Source: Vitrella brassicaformis CCMP3155 | Lineage: Eukaryota; Protista; Chromerida | Assembly: GCA_001179505.1 (NCBI GenBank) | Contig: CDMY01000138.1 | Location: 1-64,000 of the forward strand | DNA: 64,000 nucleotides | Direction of reading: 5' to 3' | In this document: positions 50,101 to 60,265 of the stretch, one piece after another | Numbering within the stretch: the stretch's first letter is position 1 | How the letters are laid out: each line of letters starts with the position of its first letter | Notes under the pieces: model-generated | Told to the model about the DNA's origin: nothing | The model's database searches: none | Seen by the model: only the letters and a program-made list of their open reading frames with translations | Position numbers and translations under genes: made by a program

Positions 50101-53100
50101 TGCAGACGTACGTACGCATGCACGATAGATAAATCGAGAAAGGGATAGAGAGACGACCGAAGACACCAACAATCTATCTATCGGTACGCACTCAGGTCAG
50201 TGCCCGGGTGTGGCATTCCACCTGCTCAATCCGGCCTTGTACAAGGTCGAGTACAGCGGCCGCCGCCCAGAGCCCAAGAAGACGACCCGCCAGGCGTCCA
50301 GCGACCCGCTCGCAGACCTTATCAACAGGCTGCTGCCCACCAAGCCCGGCGAGCCCATCGACACCTCGCAGACCACGCAGAGAGAGCGAGACACGGCATA
50401 TGTCTGGGGCGCCCTCAACCGCAGCCGTTTCTACGAGTGAGACAGACAAGGCGCCGCATTCAATTCACCGACCTGCAGCATCTCCTATGTGGCGCCGTGT
50501 GTGTGTGCAGCGACGGTGTGTTCATGAAGATCACGTGTTTGGAAGGTGACCTGACGCGGCCCATCGTGGCCATCAAGGCGGAGCAGCAGGCGGCCCGTGC
50601 AAGGGGCGAACAGTGGCTGCCCACTGAGCTCGAGGACTGCAGTGACCACCAGTGCGACGTCATGTGCGCCAGGGGCACCTGGACGGAGCTCAAACACTAC
50701 TGCCACCGTGAGTGAGCACGCCACACACCTTATGGCACATGATGGATGGACGAGCGCACACACGCACATCCGTCCACGTGTCCTTCTCTGTATGCCTGTA
50801 GGCCGTTGTCCGCCGTTCATCCCCCCGGAGAGATCCCGCAAGCAGTGCGACCCGCCAGAGCACTGCAAAGAACCGGAGGACCTCTCCACGGTAAGCGAGA
50901 CATACATACCATGAGCGAGGCACTGACAATTCGACACAGCTTCCTGTCTCCCTCCGTTGGTCGGTCTCTGCCAGGAGGAGAGGAACAATCCGTTCTTCTC
51001 CCCAGACGACGGTCTCTGGCGGCACGGCTCTACCTTTCTGCTCAAGTGCACCTCGCCATTTTGTCCGCACCCTGCGCCGGAGAACTCGACTGTCCGATGC
51101 AACGACGGGGAGTGGGAAAAGACCACACTCGAGTGCAGACGTACGCACATCTCTGTGTGTGTGTGTGTGTAGCCAGACACGTGGACGCGCCTATGTGTGT
51201 GTGTCATGCAGGTCCTTGTCTGGCCAGGATGGATGTGCGTCTGTACCGGCCGGACGAGGAGGCCCTGCGCTACCAGGTGGCTGACGCCGAGGACAATGTC
51301 CCGCCGACCGGGGAGGACACTCCACGCATCGACGGCGAGACGGGCCAGCCACTGCCCCTGTACATCCATGGGTCACGGCAGCTAGTGTCGTGCAACACTA
51401 CGGGCGGCTACCAGTCGGTGCTGCCACGCCCCGCCGACATGACCGCCTGCCAGGACGGCGTGTGGACCCTCACCGCCATCATGTGCAGGCGCGACTGCCC
51501 GCCGATTGCCGACTACTTCGCTGCCTTTGGGGAGAGTCAGGCGAGATATGTGGTGGAGGGCGGGGGCGACTCGACGCGCCACGGGACGGTGCTGCAGGTG
51601 TCGTGCGCACCGCGGCACTCGCCTGTCGAGGGAGAGGAGGCCGAGACCGTCGAGTGCAATGACGGCACCTGGTGGCCGCTCATACTCAGATACAGAAGTG
51701 AGTGAGGGAGTGCGCGAGGCCATCACACATGAAAGGTATTGGTTCGTTCGGTTAGAAATGTGCGTGGACTATATTAAGTGGGCTTCGGCGCACGATCCAT
51801 CCCTGCTCGACACGTCGCAGTATTGGATCCACCGGCCGCAGGAGCATCTGGTCGACAAACTCATGCCCGCCGGACGGTCCCTCACCGTCATGTGTGCGCC
51901 CCTACACTCATCAGTCAGTACGCAGCCACAGTACCATCCATCCATCCATCCCTGCAGGTGTGGGTGGATGTGCGCATCCGTCTGTGCAGTCCTTTCAGGT
52001 GGCAGGGAGCACCGCACTGGACCGTCAGCAGATCCTGTGCGAAGACGGCGAGTACACCAAGCGACTCATACACTGCGAAGGTAAGTAGGCACGTGGCGGG
52101 CGCGAGTGCGTGAGCCGGCCAAGGCACGGCACGCGCAACAATCACATGATCTATCCATCTGCATGTCCATGGATGTTTCACTCCCTTTCTCCCTCCCTCC
52201 CTTCTTCACAGCCAACTGCCCGGAGTACACCCCTGAGCAGGACTACGGCACCGACCCCGACTTCGGCGGAGGGCTTATTGTGCAGGACGTCGGGGTGGGC
52301 CTCGACACCATCTATCACACACACTCCATCCGCAACGGGGCCACAAGACGCATCAAGTGCTGCCAGACCGGAGAACTGGCCTATCAGCTCGGCTCGCTGC
52401 CGGATGACGCCGATACCAGCTGGTTGGAAAGCTCCATCAAGTGCAGGTGGGGGAAATCAAAGGGCGGGATGGGTGCAGCGGAGTCGGCGACAAGGGGGGA
52501 TGGGATGGCCTCTGTGTGTCAGGTGGAACTGGGCGTCTTACCTGGATGAGCCGCCGTATGAGGATGAGGTGCGCTGCTACAACGGACAGTGGACCTTGCC
52601 AGCTCTACAGTGCTACCGTAAAAAAGAGAAAGAACACACTGCACCCCACCCCAACCACATCAGATGTCTCCTTGGCTGCCTTTGCGGTTCTGCCTTGTCT
52701 TTCTGTCTGGCTGCGCAGCCATGTGTCTGCCTTTCGGCCAGGAGATGGTGCACGCATCCGGCAACAGCAGCGACTACCTCCACCCCGTCACTAAACACGT
52801 CCTCGGCCCCATCAACGGCCTAGTGCCACCCGGTGCAGAGGCGCAGGTCCGGTGCGACAAGGGCTACCTTCCCGAGCCGCAGCAAGACCTCTGGAACACC
52901 AACCCCCCCGTGACGGTGAGGTGCACACGAGGCTACATGACGGCCCCCTACGTCTGCATCAAGACCTGCCCCAAGCCATACCGGGAGAAGCCCAAGATGG
53001 TGCGGTACAACATCGGTGGCGGCGACAGTGCCGAGTACGAGGCCCTCACGTACGAGCAGCTGCTCGCCCACCGGCCCTGGATCGTGCGGCACCGGGGCCG

Positions 53101-54320
53101 ATACTTTGCCTTTTGTTACACGCCTGACTGCCGGAGTGAGAATGCGACATCGCTCAATGACACGATAGCGTCGCGCTGGAATGGGACGGGCCGTGTGGAG
53201 AAGGGCGACATCGACAAGGACGAGCGCATATTGAGGAAACGGAATGTCGTCGAAGTCAGGAAATATATCTGGGGTTCGGTGGATGGATGGAGGGGCAGAC
53301 AGACAGACAGACAGACAGACAGAGGAGCTCACTCACTTGCGAACCCTCTGAGGCCGGACACGCCCTTCAGGTGTCTCTCTCTCTCTCTCTCTCTCTCCCC
53401 CTCCTCTGTCGGTGTGTATGTCTGTGTGTTGCAGGGTGCTTGAACAGGCGGAGGTCGGTGACGACCTTCGATTATTACAACGCGTGGCAATGGGCGACGA
53501 CCGCCGGAGTGGCGGCAGCGGGTCTGGCATCTGCTTTCGTGTTCCCGCCAGCTGCTATCGTGACGGGAGTATTGTTGGGGCTCGGGGTTATCGACTTTGG
53601 CAGCAGCCTGCAGTACCTACTGGACCAGACAGACAGACAGACAGACAGACAGAAACACAGACCACAAGAGTGCTCGAGAGGCTGGCTGGCTGGTTCGTGT
53701 GTGTGTCTGCCTGCAGCATCTATTATTTCAAGTGGTTTTGGCCCAAGGCCATGCACAACGGTTTCGCGGCAAGGGTGTACGGGGAGTGGGGGGCCAAGCA
53801 GTACGAGTGCCTGTGGGGCGTGTGGGTGCCCCGCCCTGACGCCACACTCGAGTGTGAGCAATCAAGGTTCCAGCAGACGTGCATCGACGCACACACCACC
53901 GTATGGACAAGGAAGAAACACGAAGTGAAACCGAGACACAGCACCAACACCGACACCAAGGCAGCACCACGAGGCGGCCGGGGCTGGCTCGCGGGGTTTG
54001 CCAGCTCCTTCCAATCGCTTAGCGGCCGACTGCGGCTGATGTCCAACATAGCTAATGACGTCGAAGGTCGATCAAGTGGTGTCGGGTCACTTTTGACAGC
54101 GCTCTTAGAGCTTGTACTAGCTGGTGGTGGTGTGTCGAGGAGTGAGAGGGGCGGCGGGGAAGCAGTGAGATTGGATGGGCTGGAGCCGGTGTCTGCGGCT
54201 GAGGTGGAGGTGGGCGACCAGATTCTCTCCTATGGCTCGGGCCGGCCACGACTGACCGAGGTGCATCACTGGGGTGCGTGGGGCGGAGACACGGAGGGGG
54301 GGGCCATCCATCTACCTGTC

Positions 54321-54355
<35 letters not shown>

Positions 54356-55346
54356 GCAGGTTTATTTCAGAGAGTCGTACCCAGGTACCCACACGAACAG
54401 ACATGGCTAAGGAGGAAAACACACTGTGTGTGACACCTGCATGTATGTGTCCGTGTCCGTCGTCGCATACGGACCTTGACCGATCGCAGCCCAGCCGACG
54501 CGTGTCATCGACATTGACGTGGCCACCACACCCTGCCCATCGGGAGCATCGACTTCGTCATCGCTCCGGCTCTCGCCCTCACACCGTCTTCCCGTCTTCA
54601 GGCAGCAGCAGCAGCACGGGAGACACAGGCCACTGGTGCGCCGAGTGGTGAGGGCTGACGAGGTGCGACTGGGGGACATGCTTGCCACCGTCGTGGCGCA
54701 CACTGCCCCACCCCGCCACACAGGCCTCTATTGTGCCAGCCACGAGACAGGGAGGGCCAGGGGCGACAATGTGACGATGGGACTGGAGGGGGAGGGGGGC
54801 GTGTTTGCTCATAGCTATGGAAGGGTCACCGGTGTGAGGGGCGCTACCAAGGTATGGTAGCGACGGGAAGCAGCTGCCAGAGGCCTGTCTTGTCCCTGGC
54901 TGTGTCCCCGGCTGTGTCTCTATGTGTGTGTGTGGTCTGTCTGTCTCAGCGCTGTGGTCTGGAGCTGTTGTACATGTTGGATTCCCACATGGTGGCAAAT
55001 GGCCTGGTCATCACCGACAGCGACGAGCCAATGGACGCACACATGCCTTACACGTACCTCTCAAACCTCGACACACGGTGGGGTGGGCGGGCACCTTCTC
55101 CTCTCCATCCATCCATCTCTTACGGCTCCAGTCTGGCTGTCTGTGTGTGTGGATGCAGGATGGTGTATTGGCTGTTCGGTGCGGCGGGCGGGGTCAACTC
55201 CTCCATCTTTAGAGCATACTGGAGGTCTGTATGTGTTCAGGTGATGGACTCCATGTTGCTTGGCTTGCTCGTGTGTGTGTGTGTGTGTGCAGGTGGAGTG
55301 TTGGGCGGAGCGACTTTGTGCAGAGCATCGTCATGAGGCGATGGAT
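44119..55346 (+). CDS. Giant secreted protein: signal peptide, LamG/ConA-like domain, about 22 Sushi/CCP modules, hydrophobic segment, Hedgehog-type Hint domain, C-terminal tail
   Basis: Signal MVKGFLLLALLVAPACT. Repeated C-P..HG...C...C.DG.W....C modules are joined by phase-consistent introns. C-terminal Hint motifs: CIDAHTTV, EVEVGDQILS, LRLSPSHRLPV, VRADEVRLGDML, MVANGLVI. TGA at 55344-55346. Two -1 frameshifts near 48051 and 48711. Confidence 0.8.
44575..45290 (+). other. LamG/concanavalin-A-like domain (part of the giant protein)
   Basis: FVYHFVMSQSTLQIFKMGKMIGE..SPLSLGCDHRGSNCLKGRVRYMHYVN resembles the LamG-like H.........y.nG.......l.iG......F.G.i..v..yn pattern. Confidence 0.5.
45296..53860 (+). 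repeat. Array of about 22 divergent Sushi/CCP modules (manual count)
   Basis: Examples: HGERVQMQCGPGY..WCNDGHLDQLDLPC, HGSSVALSC..VCMDGNWTQRALTC, HGTRVTIEC..VCTDGHWSQQDIIC and HGTVLQVSCAPRH..VECNDGTW. Confidence 0.8.
53880..55030 (+). other. Hint (Hedgehog/intein) domain with two insertions
   Basis: First Cys at TGC 53880 (QQT-CIDAHTTVW). Further motifs PVSAAEVEVGDQILSY..LTE|VYFRESYP|AQPTRVIDI..LRLSPSH (block-B His), VRADEVRLGD and RVTGV..ANGLVITD. Confidence 0.72.
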
Positions 55347-55868
55347 GGACAAATGAATGAATGGAACGGCGGCGACTGGACTCCCTCCCTCCCTCCCTCC
55401 CTCACTGTATGGTGGCCCGCCTAGTGCCAGAGAAGTAGCTGTGCCATCCATCTGTGTCATCTACCAGACTTTGAGACTCTGTTAGGCTTGTTTCGTGTTT
55501 GTGGCGTCCCCGGTAGACCTCTGTACCGCCGGCCAAATGGGATGGCTCGACTTCGAAATATATGTATCGACGGGAGTCTAGCGCCGCTCTCAAGTGCAGG
55601 CATCCATCCGTCAAAGCGACACCAGCTAATTGACTAACTACCCACCCCACACCCACCTGTCTGTTACACCCACGCACATACGCAGTGAATGAATGCACAT
55701 AGATAACATACAGCCTATTTATTGACTTACTACTAAAGACGGAAACCCAGTGCATGAGTGGCACGGCACCTCCTTCCATCACGCCACACAGCCACGCAGT
55801 CACTCACATCCCATCGCACAAACAGAAGTGCTCGTCTCGTCCACCCGTCGGTCCGTCTATCTATCTAT

Positions 55869-58030
55869 CTACTGCACCTTCTTTCTCTCGGCTGCTGCCC
55901 CTGTTTGGGGGACGGGCCGCTTGTCGGTCGCTGTGGCACTTCTTGTGATGAGAGGCGCCAGTGCGATGACGGCCACGAGCGAGAGGGCCGCGAGTGAGAG
56001 GAAGAGGACGTCCCAGCCGTAGGTGTCGGTGATGGTGGCCGTGAGGCTCCCCTGCAATATCGACCCCACGCTGCCAACACCATTCACAAAACCTGCACAC
56101 CACCCCACAGCAGCCATGGCCAGAGACACACACAACTCGCGTGAGTGTTGTGTATGCCCTCCACTGTATGCAATGCATTGCACACCGACCCGACCGAAGC
56201 TTTGTACCTGTGGCAGTGCCCATGGCGGGCTGCGCGTTGTGTTTCTCGCAGAGGTCGCTGCACGCAGCCCCCCCGAGCACAGAATCGGGCCCCGCCACCG
56301 CCAGCCCCACCAGGAACATCAGCACCATGTTCGGAAGCAACCCGAACCCACCCGCCTGAGGGGTATAGGGAGAATGGACAGATAGAGAGAGGGTGATCGA
56401 TGGCTCATGAATGAGCGGTCTGGTTGGCGGGCGGGATGGGCGGGGTGTGTGCTTGAGTGCGTCACGTACATGTGCATACGCCGCTGCGAGTGCGCCTGTT
56501 GCTGCCGACATCATGCCCACGACCAGCAGCCGCCGACCGCCGAAGTACTTGTCCGATAACACACTGCGAGGTTGGTTCGTCAGACGGACACACACACACA
56601 GCACACAAACAAGGAGAGGGCAGACCATGGCCTGTCTGCTTGGACTGCGTCGACGTTTACCGACCCGCAAGCAATCGAGCCGAGCACCCCGCCCACATCG
56701 AACAGCGACGACATGAACGCTGATTGACAACAAGCAGACAGACAGAGAGAGAGTCGCGTTTCTTCCACGCCTGTCGGTCGGTCGATCGGCCTTATTTTAT
56801 TTATCTGCCTGGCCACCAGCTTGTGAGGGTGGGTATCCGCCCTGTTTGGTGAGGAAGTATGGCAGCCACATCATCATGGTGTACCGCACCAGCTTGATGC
56901 AAAAGTACGCCACGCCCAAGTTCATCAGCCCCGGGATCAGCAGCACCTGCTCACACCACCATCCATCCATCCATCCATCCATCGCACCCACGTCTTCTTA
57001 AGACGCTGCACCCAAAGGCACCTGTCCCAGCGTCATTCTGTCAGTCCCCTGCCCTTTGTCGCTGCTGCTGCTGTTGGTGCTGGTACTTGATGGTCCGGTG
57101 GGTGGGCTAGCCGTGGAGGCATCTGAGTCTGCGGGGGCCACAGATGACTTGGGCCTCTCTGGCGACGGCTGGCTGCTGCCTCCCGTCACCTCGGCAGGAC
57201 TCTCCTTCATCAAGGCGAAGATGGCCAAGCCACAGAGACCCACCTGACAGACAGACAGACAGACAGACACAGACAGACAGGGCGAGGTGGTCCAGCACTG
57301 AGTGGGTGAGTTTGAGTGTGGCCTATGCATATGCATAATGGGATGCCAACTCTCTGACTGACCCAAGCAGCTGGCAGAGTGAAGGCGCTCCGCCATCCGA
57401 ATGTGGTCAATGCGAAGCCTGCGATGCTGTTGGACAGGACACCACCGATCTGCTGACACGTTGTCCACACCCCTGCAAGAGTGAATGCAACCACAACAAT
57501 GCCACCCATCCACCCACCCACACATGTGCTTCCTGCCTGCCCGCCTGCCAGACCCTGGTTGCGTACCTACCGAGTGTTTTGCCCCTATTGGTGGCGTCCA
57601 TCCACGGGTTGAGCGCCTTGATCATCATGGGGAAGCCCCCGCTCTGGGTCAAACCGTTGACGCCCCAGCACACCACCATTACCCACACAGAGCCACTGCC
57701 GTACGCAGCGAACACCAGGGCCGCCACAGCCGACCCCAGGTATCCCACCGTCAGCACCCTTCGCGGCCCATACACGTCGCCCAGGGCGCCTGTGAGGAAC
57801 TGCCCCACTGCATAGCAGACGAGGAAGCCCGTGTCGATGGAGCCCAGCTGCTGCCTCGAGACGCCCAGGTCGGTCTCGAGCGCGCTCTTGACGATGGACA
57901 GCGGCTTCCGGGTGAGGTACAGCGACGCGTACGTCACGTACGTCAGCACAAACATGATGCGCCTCCACTGCTGCACGTGCAGGGCTGCCGCCTCGGAAGC
58001 AGACGGCCCAGGATCATCTGCAGACACCAT
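55869..58030 (-). CDS. MFS organophosphate transporter, SLC37/GlpT/UhpC-like
   Basis: Traced in frame: YASLYLTRKPLSIVK..FLVCYAVGQFLTGALGDVYGPRR..NGLTQSGGFP..RG..GVWTTCQQIGG..YFCIKLVRYTMMMWLP..FDVGGVLGS..GPDSVLGG..GFVNGVGSVGSILQG. TAG at 55869. Confidence 0.9.
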
Positions 58031-58317
58031 CTTAGCCCGAATTACGCACAGATCTTCTTCCCTTGCGAGGAGACAAGTGGAGTGCCTGCCCTTCGGGCAG
58101 GCGTATCCGTAAAACAGTAAAGGGGTGTTTGGAAAATCCGTGAAACTGGAAGGGATGGCCGTGAGTAGTTTTCTTTTTTCCCTCCTTTGTTCGGCTGCCG
58201 AACGACATGTGGATGGCACCAGAAGCGAGAGCATACTGTCTAGTTTTGCTTAACCAAAACAGCTCTCGCATACGCTGCATACACGCATCGGAATTCCAGG
58301 TGGAAAAAACCCCGGTT

Positions 58318-58610
58318 TTAGGGCTTTAAAGTAACGGAGAGCGACCAGATCGTCTGATCTCGAGTCTACCGGGCATCCATTCACGCAGGCAAGAGAGCAA
58401 AGTGCAGGCGGGATCACTACTGCAAGCAGCTGGGGACTCATCGCACAGAAAAGAGGCAGCATCGAGTCACACCACACGACACACACGCACACTGCAGAAA
58501 CCACACCACCGAGGCAGGCATGCCACACGCCATACACCAACGCGCACGCACCAGACTACCTGTCCGCGGCAGAATACAAACACAGTGCAACCTATTCCCA
58601 CTTGGCACAA
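58318..58610. repeat. Copy 1 of an approximately 295-bp near-identical direct repeat
   Basis: Matches 59781-60082 except for two substitutions and a small indel. It is cut off by the gap. Confidence 0.92.
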
Positions 58611-58910
58611 NNNNNNNNNNNNNNNNNNNNNNNNNNNNNNNNNNNNNNNNNNNNNNNNNNNNNNNNNNNNNNNNNNNNNNNNNNNNNNNNNNNNNNNNNN
58701 NNNNNNNNNNNNNNNNNNNNNNNNNNNNNNNNNNNNNNNNNNNNNNNNNNNNNNNNNNNNNNNNNNNNNNNNNNNNNNNNNNNNNNNNNNNNNNNNNNNN
58801 NNNNNNNNNNNNNNNNNNNNNNNNNNNNNNNNNNNNNNNNNNNNNNNNNNNNNNNNNNNNNNNNNNNNNNNNNNNNNNNNNNNNNNNNNNNNNNNNNNNN
58901 NNNNNNNNNN
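58611..58910. other. Assembly gap (300 N)
   Basis: Run of n characters. Confidence 0.99.
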
Positions 58911-59758
58911 CCCACCCACCCCAGCAGACGATGACCCCAATCGCGTACACGCTGCCCCACATGCGCTTATCCGGATTCCCTGCACACGCACACAAAGTCG
59001 CACAGACTCGTACTCACAGCAGCCAGCAGATGAGATGTGTGGGAGGTGTCAACCGCATTCATTCATTCACCGGTGTAGTATCCGAGTGCGTAGATGAGTC
59101 TGCCGACGATCCAGATGAAGCCCCCGATGGCCGAGGTGATTGGGTACTTGAGGCCGCCCAGCAGCATCACCGCCAGGAACATCGTCAGGTTCTCCAAAGT
59201 GTTCTGATGCGCACGCTGGTAGCAGTTGAACGCATCGCAGTCCTGATGGATAGATAGACAAGAGATGCATGGAGAGAGATGACACACACAGACACACACA
59301 CAGACACACATCTGGAACACACAGGCCAGCGCAGACGTCGAGTGCGTCGTGGCACCGACCGCATCAGTGAGTTCGAGGAGTCTATCGCCTTCGCCGCTGG
59401 CGTCCTTTCGGCGCGTGACGCCCTTGATGGCGTACATGTCGGGATACGACACGCCATATCTGCCGACACGACATCAACCACACACACAACCACACACGCA
59501 CACGCCCGCATCATGCACCAGTCTGGAGAGCCCCTGATGTGTTTGTCTGTGTGCCACCACACCGCACCTCTTGCGGGCGACTCCGACCATGATGCTCTTG
59601 AACATGAGCAACACAAAGGCCAGCACAACATTCAACACGCACAAGCCGTAGCCTGACAGGACGGAGGGAGATGAACCAAGTCGATAGATGTTGATGGAAG
59701 ATCCTGTAGCGAGTGTTTGCTTTCTTTGCTCACTTGCGTCAAGCTCGATGACAGCCAT
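58911..59758 (-). CDS. MGST3: MAPEG-family microsomal glutathione S-transferase 3-like protein; 3' end runs into the gap
   Basis: Spliced MAVIELDA|SYGLCVLNVV..VGVARK|RYGVSYPDMY..|DCDAFNCYQRAHQNTLENL..GGLKYP..WIVGRLIYALGYYT|GNPDKR. Confidence 0.88.
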
Positions 59759-59780
59759 GATGCCGTGCTGCTTGCTCTCT

Positions 59781-60082
59781 TTAGGGCTTTAAGGTAACGG
59801 AAAGCGACCAGATCGTCTGATCTCGAGTCTACCGGGCATCAAGACCATCCATTCACGCAGGCAAGAGAGCAAAGTGCAGGCGGGATCACTACTGCAAGCA
59901 GCTGGGGACTCATCGCACAGAAAAGAGGCAGCATCGAGTCACACCACACGACACACACGCACACTGCAGAAACCACACCACCGAGGCAGGCATGCCACAC
60001 GCCATACACCAACGCGCACGCACCAGACTACCTGTCCGCGGCAGAATACAAACACAGTGCAACCTATTCCCACTTGGCACAA
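59781..60082. repeat. Copy 2 of the direct repeat, lying in the MGST3/HisRS divergent promoter region
   Basis: Starts 23 bp upstream of the MGST3-like ATG (59758) and ends about 185 bp before the HisRS ATG (60266). Confidence 0.9.
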
Positions 60083-60265
60083 ACCCCGGTCGGAGAATTC
60101 ATATAGGGGATGATCAGCTTCTGCGAGCTTAGGGGCAAGAAAAAGATAGCGTTTCAAACCGGAGATCTGTCTGTCGCTGTATCGTGTGCTGGCGAGCGCC
60201 GCTCGTCCATCCGTCCCTCCGTCCCTCTGAAGCTGTCGTCTGGACGAGTGAGTGGTCCCCCGGGG

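Noticed and set aside
12593-59758. GGT and MGST3 as a glutathione gene cluster
   Set aside because: They are about 44 kb apart with many unrelated genes between them.
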